Shown here in pieces: positions 41,650 to 51,649 of a DNA stretch of 64,000 bases. The notes below the pieces were generated by a model that made no database searches, had not been told where the DNA came from, and saw nothing but the letters and a program-made list of their open reading frames with translations. Each line of letters opens with the position of its first letter. The stretch's first letter is position 1. Source of the stretch: an uncultured Gammaproteobacteria bacterium. GTDB taxonomy: Bacteria; Pseudomonadota; Gammaproteobacteria; UBA9214. The DNA is taken from contig CAWHCQ010000013.1 of NCBI GenBank assembly GCA_963827755.1, positions 86,619-150,618 of the forward strand, written 5' to 3'. A program made the position numbers and the translations under genes.

Positions 41650-43496
41650 TTACAAGCCCAGGGCCAGCCGCTGGATTCTGACCAGGTCACCGGCATTGAC
41701 CTGGTTGTCCGGGACTACATCGGCACGTACCTGTTGCTCGCTGGTCGGTACAAGCTGGCCCAGTACTATGCGGGTAGCAAGCAGTACATCCGCCGCATCC
41801 ACCTTGCCGTCGTTGTTGATATCACCGTTATTGACGTAATTGCCGGCCGGCGTATCGCTGGCCAGCAACGGATCACTGCCATAGGTCACTTCCATCCCGT
41901 CGTCGAAACCATCGCTATCGGTGTCGGCAAGCAATGGATTGGTCCCGTAGGTGGTCTCATCCGTATCCGGAAGGTCGTCGTTATCGTCATCCGTGTCGAA
42001 GATATTCGGGATACCGTCACTGTCGGTGTCAACCAGGACGGTTATTTGCCAGGCAAGTGCATAATCCCATTCAAATGAAGCCTGCCCGGCCTTCGGTTTC
42101 ACCTCGAGGAGATAGTCTCTGCCGGCGTCCAGCGGCACCCGGAGATTCTCGGTATTATCAACTGTACCGGCGGACTCCACCACCAGCACATGGCCGCCGC
42201 CGGTTTCATCATATAAACGAAGATCCAGGTCATGCAGCGTGGCATTGCCCGGAAAAGAAAAGCGGCCGCCATTCGCAATGTCGATATTCCACACAAGTGC
42301 GGCCGTCAGCATGACCGGGCTCACACCGGTTGAAAAAGTGTATGACCCTGTCACATTGCTGCCACTGCCATTGCCGGCACCGCCGAAGGAGGGGTCGTAG
42401 TCAAAACCATATGCGCCAATAGCGCCACCACCGCTGTTATCGTCTTCAGCACTGTTCTGCTCGCCTGCGCTCAGGATGTGAAAGCTGTTGTAGATATTCA
42501 GCTGGCCGGCACCGAAACGGACATCGAGACCGTTGGCTGACCGGTTTGCCGGATCGACACGATAGTCAGTAATGTCTTTGGGTGTCGCGGGATCGGGATT
42601 GGTGCTGTTGTCGGTCACCCGGTCTGCTCCCGCCATCAATACGGCCTTCACCACCTCGGCGCGTTCTGCATTGTAGATGACGCTCCCTGCCCGGTTTGAT
42701 GTTGAAGTTTCAGCCGGATCTGTTGACAGTGATGGCGTGGCATGGCCAACGTCCACCAGCAGGGCGGCAGCCGCGGCAATGACAGGGGTCGAGCTGCTCG
42801 TGTTCACAAAGGGTGCAAGCAGATCCGGCCGGGTGCGCCCGGAAACATACGGGGCACCCAGTGAAACGGTGCCTCTGCCATGCACGCCGTCGGTTACGCC
42901 CACGGCAATGGCGTTGAAGGCGGTACTCAGCAAGGGTAAATTTGTGGACGTATTGTTCTTCAGACCAACGACCTGGATGAACTCGTCATTTTCGATAACC
43001 CAGTCCAGCCGTTTAACAATATCCAGATCGATCGCGTCATCAGGATCACTTCCGATCCAGCTGTGATTGGCGATACGGTCATGCACCACACTTCGGTTTA
43101 TGAAATACTGTTGGTAGCACGCAGGTAATCGCTGCCCAGCCAGGTATTGGCGTCGTAGGCATTGACCGTGTCAATTGCCGGTGCGATGGATGAACTGTTG
43201 CCGTAGAACAACCTGCCGACCGCTGTTGCGTGACCGGAGGATGAGCCAGGAGGGTTGGTGCCGGACTGGTCAGTGATTGTCTTGCCAGTGAATTGCGCAT
43301 CAGCGACATTTGGCATGTAGGCGTCTCCACTCAGGGCCTCGGCCTGTGTAACGAGTACACCACTGCCGTCCGGTACATTCGCACCCAGCTCCAGGAGCAG
43401 CCGGGTGTAGCCAATATCATCCTTGAAATCAGCAAGCGCTATCCCGTAGAAGGAGAACAAACACAATACCAGGGGGTAAGGAATTTTTGTATGCAT
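41650..43496 (-). CDS. Secreted subtilase (S8)-like protein with Asp-rich Ca-binding repeats and C-terminal dockerin; frameshifted at about 43085-43110
   Basis: Signal peptide, GSGVLVTQAE, SGHATAVG, ANHSW, RPDLLAP, NTSSSTP; DTDSDG repeats; GDINNDGKVDAAD / ADVVPDNQVNAGD. Split across two ORFs. Confidence 0.75.
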
Positions 43497-43873
43497 AAGC
43501 GGACGTGTTCAGCCGAGCCACGGGACCGGCAACCTCACACTCGCTGGCGGCATGTATTCGTATAAATCCTGACTCTTGCAAGCCTCATTATAGTTCTGAA
43601 ATTCAGGTTACATGACAATTTTCCTGTCAGTCAGTTCTATCATATCCGGTGTTACATGGCACGCCGCCCTCATGTCTGCACTGACCATGAGCGTGCAAAA
43701 GCGTCGCATTCTACTGCTGCTTCCGGTATAGTCTCGCCATTCCGGTGCACTTCGGTCTGCACTCGAGCCCTCGCGGTAACCACTTTCGGCAAACCTCGAA
43801 CACCTTCAATCGTTTCGCCTAGACCGTCCCGGGACAGATGTCGCCGGTAGGCCGATCCAGGAGCAATTCATCC

Positions 43874-45251
43874 ATGTCATTTGATACTCTCGGCCTGTCG
43901 GCCGAACTACTTCGTGCTGTCGCCGATCAGGGCTACAGCGAGCCCACGCCGGTGCAGACTCAGGCGATACCGCTTATTCTGGAAGGACGGGACCTGCTCG
44001 CCGGTGCACAAACCGGTACCGGCAAGACCGCGGGCTTTACCTTGCCGCTGTTGCAGCGTCTCGTTGCACGGCCCTGGCAGGGCCAGGGGCAGCGCCCGGT
44101 GCGCGCCCTTATTCTGACGCCGACCCGCGAGCTGGCGGCGCAGGTAGAGAAGAGTGTCGAGACCTATGGCAGACATCTGCCGCTGACCTCGGTGGTGATC
44201 TTCGGCGGGGTCAAGATCAATCCGCAGATCCAGAAGTTGCGTCGTGGTGTGGATATCCTGGTGGCGACACCGGGACGGCTGCTGGACCATGTCTCGCAGA
44301 AAACGGTGGACCTTTCCAGCGTCGAGATCCTGGTACTGGACGAAGCCGACCGCATGCTGGACATGGGATTCATACGCGATATTCGCCGGATTCTCGCGCT
44401 GTTGCCAAACGCCCGTCAGAACCTGTTGTTCTCCGCCACCTATACAAGTGAGATCAGGCAGCTTGCGGACAAGTTGCTGGATAATCCGGCACAGGTCGAA
44501 GTGGCGCGCCGCAACACCCCTGCCGAGGGTGTCTCGCAGATGGTTCACCCGGTGGACCGCGAACGCAAGCGCGAGTTGCTGTCGTTCATGGTCGGCTCGC
44601 AGGACTGGCGCCAGGTGCTGGTGTTTACCCGCACCAAGCACGGCGCCAATCGTCTTGCGCAACAGCTGGAAAAGGATGGCATCAGCAGTGCGGCGATTCA
44701 CGGCAACAAGAGCCAGGGTGCGCGTACCCGTGCATTGGCCGACTTCAAGGCGTGGTGAAGTGCGGGTACTGGTCGCCACCGACATTGCGGCGCGTGGTCT
44801 GGACATCAACCAGTTGCCGCATGTGGTGAACTATGAACTGCCCAACGTAGCGGAAGATTACGTGCATCGCATCGGCCGCACCGGCCGTGCCGGTAACGAG
44901 GGGCAGGCGACTTCACTGGTATGCGTGGACGAAAACAAACTGCTTGGCGATATCGAGCGCTTGCTGAAACGTGACCTTCCGAAGCTTGTTATCGAGGGTT
45001 ATGAGCCTGATCCCTCCATCCGTGCCGTGCCGATTCAGAACGGACGTGGCGCTGGCGCAAGACCCGGAGGCCGTAACGGCTCCGGACAACAGCGTGGTAA
45101 AAAACCAGGTGCCGGTAAGGCCGCATCAAGCAAGCCGCGTTCGGGCGGGGTTGCAGGTCGCGGGAAGCCAAAGCGTGCTGCCGGGGGAAACCGCAGTCGT
45201 ACATCTTCCGGGAATACGCGCCGGGGTCCGGCGCCGTCACGCCCGGCGTAA
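43874..45251 (+). CDS. rhlE: DEAD-box RNA helicase RhlE-like, +1 frameshift at about 44750
   Basis: [27 protein letters not shown] in the first frame; [21 protein letters not shown] and a basic tail in the second. Confidence 0.9.
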
Positions 45252-45350
45252 CGACTACTGTCGCCGGGACGAGATAATGAAAATGTTTCGATCAGGCGCG
45301 CGCAGGTAATACGCGAGGAAGCAGGGCAGGGTTTGGCGATCCCGGGATCG

Positions 45351-45620
45351 CTAACGACGTTTGCGGCCTCGTGCGGCCTTCGGGTCGTCGAAACGTACGC
45401 GCAGGGACTTGTCGCCTTCGACCATGTTGCCGTCCAGCGCCGCTTGCGCGGCGCGGGCCTCGTGGCCTTCCATTTCAATGAAACCGAAACCCTTGCATCG
45501 GCCGGTAAAGATATCCGAGGCTACATTGATTGAGCGTACGGTGCCGAAGGCGGAAAACATGTCGCGCACTGAATCTTCAGTAGCGTCCTGCGGGAGGTTG
45601 CCGATAAACAGCTTTTTCAT
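45351..45620 (-). CDS. Single-RRM RNA-binding protein
   Basis: KLFIGNL (RNP2), KGFGFIEM (RNP1); GAGGA RBS before ATG 45620. Confidence 0.93.
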   Translation of the reverse strand: MKKLFIGNLPQDATEDSVRDMFSAFGTVRSINVASDIFTGRCKGFGFIEMEGHEARAAQAALDGNMVEGDKSLRVRFDDPKAARGRKRR

Positions 45621-45891
45621 TATGCGTATCCTCGTTATGGCCGGGGACATTTCACCGGTTGCGGAGAAGAAGAACCCGCATGCGGGGTCGCTTGTTCTGA
45701 TACTGGAGTGAAACTTCCGGGTAGACCTGCAGGATTTGCAGCTAATCCCGATTACGGACGGCCCGGGGGGCTGGCGTCTCGTCTGATGCCGGCAAGAATA
45801 TCTACCGGGGCCGGGAATAACAAGCAATATCTCGTCGACCCTGCCGGAAATCGCAGTACTTGATCCGGCCTGCGCGCCAAACCCCGCAGCG

Positions 45892-46120
45892 TTACGTCCG
45901 GGGTTTTTTGGCGACGGCTTGCGGGGCCAGCTTGCGGCGCATTTCCTTGAGGCCGGCCTGGTAGGCCTGTGCATCACCATAATCGAAAAAGTGCGGATAG
46001 CGCGCATGCGTGCCATGCAGCCTGTGCGCATGGCGGATCGGGCACCAGTATTGCTCGGTACGGGAAAATATTTCACGTACACAGGCAATCACGCCGTTGG
46101 CATAGTCATCGTCGCAAACA
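45892..46120 (-). pseudogene. Probable C-terminal remnant of a conserved hypothetical protein
   Basis: C...YANGVIACVREI.SRTEQYWCPIRH...YGDA reads like a family C-terminus; an in-frame stop and no ATG lie shortly upstream. Confidence 0.5.
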
Positions 46121-46209
46121 TGATCCTGGTCAAACAGATGATTGTTGACTATGTTTACAATTATTCGGGAAAGCGGTTTTTATAATTTATTGCGTCATCA
46201 GGAGGCCTC

Positions 46210-46644
46210 ATGTCCACGCACTGGGTAGTCGTTGCAGATCAAAGCAGGGCACGTATTTTTACCGTCGCCGATCCTCACGGCGCATTGCTGCATGTGGGTG
46301 AGCTGGAGCACCCGGAGGCACGAGATCGCGAACAGGCACTGAAGTCTGACCGGCCGGGGCGCAGTTTTGACAGTAGTGGCCAGGGGCGCCATGCCATGGG
46401 TACAAAAGTCGAACCCGGCAAGCAGGAGACCATCCGGTTCGCGAGACAGGTTGCCGACTATGTGCAGGCCGCACATAACGAGGGGCGCTGTGAGCGCTTG
46501 CTGCTGGTGGCCGGTCCGCCTCTTTTGGGGCTGCTGAGGGAGAACCTGAAGACAGTACCCGGTATGAAAATTACCGGGATCGAAAAAAACCTCGGTCAAT
46601 ATGACGCGCTGGAGATACGCAAGCATCTGCCGAAACGTATCTAG
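46210..46644 (+). CDS. Host-attachment (AtsE-like) family protein
   Basis: WVVVADQSRARIF, SDRPGRSF, LVAGPPLLGLLR; GGAGG RBS. Confidence 0.88.
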   Translation: MSTHWVVVADQSRARIFTVADPHGALLHVGELEHPEARDREQALKSDRPGRSFDSSGQGRHAMGTKVEPGKQETIRFARQVADYVQAAHNEGRCERLLLVAGPPLLGLLRENLKTVPGMKITGIEKNLGQYDALEIRKHLPKRI

Positions 46645-46682
46645 CAAGCGTGCAGGCCGGGTGTTTCAGCCCGGAGAGACGG

Positions 46683-47702
46683 TTACTTCTCCATGGCGGG
46701 CGTGTAACTGCCGGTACGGGCAGCACCGTTGAGCCGGGCGCGCTGCAACAGGGCCTGTTGGGTTGCAGCTGCATTCTCGGCGCGTCCCAGCCAGGCCTTC
46801 AGTGCAGGTTCCTGCAACGCGCGGCCATAGGAGAATGACAGTTCCCAGGGAGCGCCTGGAAACAGTGCATTCATGGCATTGAGATTGGCGGTTGCCTGCT
46901 CCGGGGTCTGGCCGCCGGAGAGGAAGTTGATGCTCGGAACGGCCGCCGGAACCGTGCGCCTGAACACCTTTATCGTCGCCTCGGCTACCTGTTCAGGGCC
47001 GGAAGTGGACGGATGGTCCTTGCCTGGTGTCACCATGCTGGGCTTGAGCACAATGCATTCGAGCATCACCTTGTGGCGGTGCAGGGCATGGAACACGGCG
47101 TGGTGTACTGCCTCGATGACTTCTGCGCTGCGCTTGATAGAGTGGCTGCCGTCGATCAGCACCTCGGGCTCCACGATGGGTACAATACCTTCCGCCTGGC
47201 AGATGGCGGCATAGCGCGCCAGCATCTCCGCATTGGCCTCGAGACCAGGTGCGGTCGGGTTGGCCTTGCTGACCGGGTATACCTCGCGCCACTTGGCAAA
47301 GCGCGCTCCCTGTGTCTTGTAGGTCTGCAGGCGCTCGCCAAGACCATCCAGACCCTGCGTGATATTGTCACCCGCAGCATTGACGAGTGGTTTGAAACCC
47401 TTGTCCACCTTGATGCCGGGAACGATCCCCAGCTCTGCGAGTACTTGCGGCAATGCGGTGCCGTCATCAGACTTTTGCGTCAGCGTCTCCTCGAACAGGA
47501 TAACAGCGCTGATGAATTCATTGAGCCCCGGTGTCGTAAACAGCAGGCTGCGGTAGCTGCGCCGCAGCTCTTCAGTTGATTCGACTTCAATGGCAGCGAA
47601 TCGTTTGGCAATCGTCGGCGCACTTTCATCGGCTGCCAGAATGCCCTTGCCGGCCTGTACCATGTCGTGAATGGTTGCCTCGAGTTCGGTTGTTGTATCC
47701 AT
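46683..47702 (-). CDS. Fructose-bisphosphate aldolase class I
   Basis: GKGILAADES, PGIKVDKG, PIVEPEV, LKPSM, FLSGGQ, FSYGRALQ. Confidence 0.96.
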   Translation of the reverse strand: MDTTTELEATIHDMVQAGKGILAADESAPTIAKRFAAIEVESTEELRRSYRSLLFTTPGLNEFISAVILFEETLTQKSDDGTALPQVLAELGIVPGIKVDKGFKPLVNAAGDNITQGLDGLGERLQTYKTQGARFAKWREVYPVSKANPTAPGLEANAEMLARYAAICQAEGIVPIVEPEVLIDGSHSIKRSAEVIEAVHHAVFHALHRHKVMLECIVLKPSMVTPGKDHPSTSGPEQVAEATIKVFRRTVPAAVPSINFLSGGQTPEQATANLNAMNALFPGAPWELSFSYGRALQEPALKAWLGRAENAAATQQALLQRARLNGAARTGSYTPAMEK

Positions 47703-47899
47703 GGCCCTGTCACCCTTTCGTTGATTGAAAACATTGCTTCCTGACTCACTTTAGCAGATTACTGAAGCAGGTCTGCACCTGTTGGTGCATGTCAATCAGG
47801 GCGGCTGTGTGGTTAATCGATCTGCCGGGTGCCCGCTTTAGACGCTATTGGGGTATTCGGGTTATCATGTCCGGGACTTTGAACAGAGGAGGCAATGTC

Positions 47900-48112
47900 A
47901 TGTCTGTAGAACGAACGCTGTTTGCATTTGGGGGGACCATGGTCATGCTCACCTGCTTGCTGGCTCTTTTTCATCACCCGAACTGGACATGGGTTACCCT
48001 TTTTATAGGTTTCAACTGTTTTCAGAGTTCATTTACCGGGTTCTGCCCGCCAAGTTGGCTGATGAAGAAGTTTGGTATAAAGACCGAGGCGGAACTGGCC
48101 CTGGGGAAATAG
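47900..48112 (+). CDS. DUF2892 (YgaP-like) small membrane protein
   Basis: MSVER, two TM segments, FQSSFTGFCP; GAGGAGG RBS. Confidence 0.85.
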   Translation: MSVERTLFAFGGTMVMLTCLLALFHHPNWTWVTLFIGFNCFQSSFTGFCPPSWLMKKFGIKTEAELALGK

Positions 48113-48282
48113 AGCATGGCCGGCCTTGCGCCTGGCGACTTGCCGGATTGGCAACAGCCGGGCCCTGCGGGGGGATGGCATGCTTACATATCGTTGACAC
48201 GGGACGGCCGGCATTCTAGCCTCGGGATGGCTGATGGATTTATTGTTTGCCGGTTATTGCCGGTGAAAAAGTGGAGTGACAA

Positions 48283-48732
48283 ATGATTACCTATAATGAT
48301 CTGCATACCCAGAACCACAATATTACCGAACTCTCCAATGTGTTGTTGCACCTGTTCAATGACCGCTCCATGTGCGACACCGGGACCTGCTGTGAACTCT
48401 TCCACCGTTACACGGAAAAGGTCAAGGAGCATCTTGATCTCGTGGACAAGAACCTTTACAGCAAACTCCTGACACATGATGACCACGAGAAACAAAAAAT
48501 GGCCAAGAATTTTATGTCCGGTTCGCTGGAAATCAGGAAAATCATGGCGGACTACACGAAGACATGGTGCCCGAGGAAACAGGCCGGTTCACTGGCCATT
48601 GCGGACCATGAACTCTTTATCAAAGACTCGGTGAAAATGTTTGAACTGATCCTGGAAAGAATCCAGAACGAGACGGAAAAGCTTTATCCCCTGGTCCGGG
48701 AATTGAATGATAATAAAGAGCATGCGAGTTGA
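48283..48732 (+). CDS. Hemerythrin-like helical-bundle hypothetical protein
   Basis: GGAG RBS; HL...D..LY..LL.H and RI..E...LYP patterns. Confidence 0.65.
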   Translation: MITYNDLHTQNHNITELSNVLLHLFNDRSMCDTGTCCELFHRYTEKVKEHLDLVDKNLYSKLLTHDDHEKQKMAKNFMSGSLEIRKIMADYTKTWCPRKQAGSLAIADHELFIKDSVKMFELILERIQNETEKLYPLVRELNDNKEHAS

Positions 48733-48786
48733 GCCTTTGCCAGGGCCGTTCATAACCCGGCTGGATTAGCAGGCGTAAAGCTGCGC

Positions 48787-49284
48787 TCAAAGCTCTGCAT
48801 CTGACTTGGGATACTTGTTCTTGATTTCCTCGATCCGTGTGTCGAGTTGCTGTTGTTCCATCTCATTGCCATGACGTGCCTTCCAGGCTGCATCAAGCTG
48901 GTCCTCCACGCTCGGGTATTCGGCCCGGCGCATCGCGGCATAGCCCCGTGTATCAACCTCCGGCACCCGGGCCAGGGCGCGATCAAGCTCGGCCTGTTCC
49001 GGCTGCGTACTGCCTGCTTCCCAGCTGGCTATAAAGGGCTTTCCCCCGGACCCGTCGAGTCCAATCGTATAGTCAGTGCCGATGCGCGCGGTTGGGCAAA
49101 GCAGGTGTATTGCCTGGGATAAACGATGGGCGTCCCGGGAGGTTTTCAGCAGTTTCTGTTGCTGAAAAATCGTCCGTGTATGTTTGCGCGCTTCCCGCGT
49201 GTTTGACGAGGAAATAAATATCGCTGCAAACAGGCCTGCAAGAATCAGAAAAAGTACGCCAATTGTAGTATTGTCTATGGCCAT
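48787..49284 (-). CDS. Membrane-anchored protein with phage XkdW-like / tail-associated domains
   Basis: N-terminal TM; AIHLLCP.A..G.DY.I..D...PFIASW...QP; Y...RRAEYPS..DQLDA.W...IKNKYPK. Confidence 0.6.
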   Translation of the reverse strand: MAIDNTTIGVLFLILAGLFAAIFISSSNTREARKHTRTIFQQQKLLKTSRDAHRLSQAIHLLCPTARIGTDYTIGLDGSGGKPFIASWEAGSTQPEQAELDRALARVPEVDTRGYAAMRRAEYPSVEDQLDAAWKARHGNEMEQQQLDTRIEEIKNKYPKSDAEL

Positions 49285-49347
49285 GGTTTCATCCCCCTGT
49301 TGACTTGACAGACACCTGAAGCGTGGGCAAAAAACAGTTGGCAGTCA

Positions 49348-49361
49348 TTGATATAGGTCAA
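49348..49361 (+). promoter_or_regulatory. FNR/CRP-family box (1 mismatch)
   Basis: TTGATATAGGTCAA, with TATTAT at 49384-49389 at class II promoter spacing. Confidence 0.65.
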
Positions 49362-49477
49362 GCGCGCGCCGGGTGCGGGTCAATATTATGAGTCGGCGAG
49401 GCAGATCTGATCAGTCTGTATCCCTGCAGCACGCACCGCACCGAAGCGGTCCACCCCGGGCATTGTTGGATATCCAT

Positions 49478-49491
49478 TTGATACAGATCAA
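49478..49491 (+). promoter_or_regulatory. Consensus FNR box
   Basis: TTGATACAGATCAA = TTGAT-N4-ATCAA, with a -10-like TACATT at 49514-49519. Confidence 0.75.
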
Positions 49492-49682
49492 CAATTGATG
49501 TATTGCAATCAGGTACATTTAAAGGTCATTATGTGCAGATAATAATAACGGAGTATCGTCATCTGACCCCGCCATTCCGGTCAAGCGTTCCCGTCATGTA
49601 CCGCTGCAGGGCGATGCGCCGGTTGTCCGGGAACTTCTATTGCAGATGCCAGTAAATCCAGAAACATCCAGGAGGATGCTCA

Positions 49683-50675
49683 TTGTTAAAGTCCGATAGC
49701 ACGAACAACTACCGACGTCTCGACCCTTCATCAATGGAAAGTGTCCGCACCCACCTTGCTTCCCGGGTTGTCGGGCAACGCGACCTTGTCGACAGCATGC
49801 TCATCTGCCTGGTGAGTGAAGGTCATGTCCTGGTGGAAGGTATGCCGGGACTTGCAAAGACAACCGCGGTCAAGGCCCTGGCAGAGGCGATCGAGGGCGA
49901 TTATCATCGCGTGCAGTTCACCCCGGACCTGCTGCCGTCCGATCTCATCGGAACGGATATCTACCGCCACGAAAAGGGCGAATTCGAATTCCGCCCGGGA
50001 CCCCTGTTTCACAACATCCTGCTGGCGGACGAGGTCAACCGGGCGCCGGCGAAGGTACAATCGGCCCTGCTCGAGGCCATGGGTGAACAGCAGGTCACGG
50101 TGGGCCTGAAGACCTATACCATGCCGAAACTGTTCATGGTGCTCGCCACCCAGAACCCGATCGAGCAGGAAGGCACCTATAACCTGCCGGAGGCACAGCT
50201 GGACCGGTTCCTGATGCATGTCCGCGTTGATTACCCCAGTCGCGATGAGGAGCTGGCAATTCTGGAACTCGATAGCCGGCAGCAACTGGCTGCACCCGCG
50301 AAACCTGCCGAGCTGCTTTCCCAGGAACAACTCTTCAAGATTCGCGAAGATGCTGCAAAACTCTACCTGGATCCGAAGCTGAACAATTATATTGTTGACC
50401 TCGTGCAGGCCAGCCGCAAACCCGAAGCCTATGACGCAGGCCTCAAGCGCTGGTGCCGCCTCGGCGCGTCGCCACGCGCGACCATTGCGCTGGCACGTTG
50501 CGCCCGCGCCCGCGCCTGGCTGGACGGTGAGGAATTCGTCGCCCCCGAGCATATCCAGGCGGTGGCACCGGACATACTCCGGCATCGCGTTCTGCTGACC
50601 TTTGAGGGCGAGGCGGAAGGCGTGACCAGTGATGAATATATCAGGCGCCTGCTGGAGGTCGTGGCAATTCCGTGA
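49683..50675 (+). CDS. MoxR-family AAA+ ATPase
   Basis: EGMPGLAKT, RVQFTPDLLPSD, LADEVNRAPAKVQSALLEAM, ATQNPIEQEGTY; AGGAGG RBS. Confidence 0.95.
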   Translation: MLKSDSTNNYRRLDPSSMESVRTHLASRVVGQRDLVDSMLICLVSEGHVLVEGMPGLAKTTAVKALAEAIEGDYHRVQFTPDLLPSDLIGTDIYRHEKGEFEFRPGPLFHNILLADEVNRAPAKVQSALLEAMGEQQVTVGLKTYTMPKLFMVLATQNPIEQEGTYNLPEAQLDRFLMHVRVDYPSRDEELAILELDSRQQLAAPAKPAELLSQEQLFKIREDAAKLYLDPKLNNYIVDLVQASRKPEAYDAGLKRWCRLGASPRATIALARCARARAWLDGEEFVAPEHIQAVAPDILRHRVLLTFEGEAEGVTSDEYIRRLLEVVAIP

Positions 50676-50729
50676 TCCTGGGTATTCATTCCAGGCCGGA
50701 ATACAGCCTGCGGTTAAAGTGGTAGCCCG

Positions 50730-51641
50730 ATGAGTCTTCACCCGCAACTTGATGATCTGCTGGAACTGCGCCACCAGGCCCGCACCCTGGGTGTGGCGGC
50801 GCACCATCTCGTCAACTCCACCTTCACCGGTTTGTATTCCTCGGTATTCCGCGGAACCGGGCTCGACTTCGATGAAGTACGCGAATACCGGGAAGGCGAC
50901 GACATCCGTAACATGGACTGGCTGGTCACCGCCCGGACCGATGTTCCGCACCTCAAGGTGTTTCGCGAAGAACGCCAGCGCAGCGTCATCCTCTGTATCG
51001 ACACCGGCCCGCACATGAGCTTTGGCACGCGCGGCACCTTCAAGTCGATCCAGGCGGCTCGCGCCGCGGCGCTGATCGGCTGGGCAGCCAGCAAGCAGGA
51101 TGACCGGGTTGGTGGCGTGCTGTTCGGCAACCCGGCAACCGGCATTCGCTATTACCGGGCCACGCCGGGCCGCCGTGGCCTGTGGCGGCTGCTGCGCGGG
51201 TTGACGGAACCGATTGAGCAGGGCGATACCGACGAATCCCAGTTGATGGCGGCACTGCAACACCTGGACAGTGGCAGTGGCACCGGTTCCCTTATTTTTG
51301 TTATCGCCCCCATCAACCAGGTGACCGCCGGTTTCGAGCGTATCCTGGGCAGCCTCAAGCAACGCCATGATGTCGTCCTGTTGCCGGTCGATGACCCGGC
51401 TGACCGGGACCTGCCTTCGATGGGGCCGGTGATCTTTTCCAATGCCGCCGGTGAACTTCTGGAAGTCGACACTGACAACGAGGCAGGCCGCCGGGCCTTT
51501 CGCGAGGACTGGGAGCAACGCCGCGAGGAACTGCGGCAGATGTCCTACCGGCTGGGAATCGGCCTGATCCCGGTCAGCACCAACGAGGACGTGCACAAGA
51601 CCCTCATCACCGGGCTGCGCCACTACGCGGGCAGGCGATAA
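50730..51641 (+). CDS. DUF58 domain protein
   Basis: FRGTGLDFDEVREYREGDDIRNMDW.VTAR, KVFREER. Confidence 0.93.
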   Translation: MSLHPQLDDLLELRHQARTLGVAAHHLVNSTFTGLYSSVFRGTGLDFDEVREYREGDDIRNMDWLVTARTDVPHLKVFREERQRSVILCIDTGPHMSFGTRGTFKSIQAARAAALIGWAASKQDDRVGGVLFGNPATGIRYYRATPGRRGLWRLLRGLTEPIEQGDTDESQLMAALQHLDSGSGTGSLIFVIAPINQVTAGFERILGSLKQRHDVVLLPVDDPADRDLPSMGPVIFSNAAGELLEVDTDNEAGRRAFREDWEQRREELRQMSYRLGIGLIPVSTNEDVHKTLITGLRHYAGRR

Positions 51642-51649
51642 CAGAGACC

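Noticed and set aside
43613-43629. TGACA-N7-TGTCA inverted repeat between the S8 gene and rhlE
   Set aside because: Only 5-bp arms and a single instance; cannot be assigned to a regulator.
44750-44760. TGA in rhlE as possible selenocysteine or readthrough
   Set aside because: The downstream helicase motifs are in a different frame, so it is a frameshift and not an in-frame stop.
45621-46088. N-terminal extension of the 245-aa ORF containing the RRM domain
   Set aside because: The real start is ATG 45620 with a GAGGA RBS; the extension looks non-coding or out of frame with the upstream remnant.
48787-49284. Prophage at the XkdW-like gene
   Set aside because: No integrase, terminase, capsid or other phage genes in the vicinity.
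49731-51623. 630-aa minus-strand ORF
   Set aside because: Antisense shadow of moxR and DUF58, as expected in high-GC coding DNA; no motifs.
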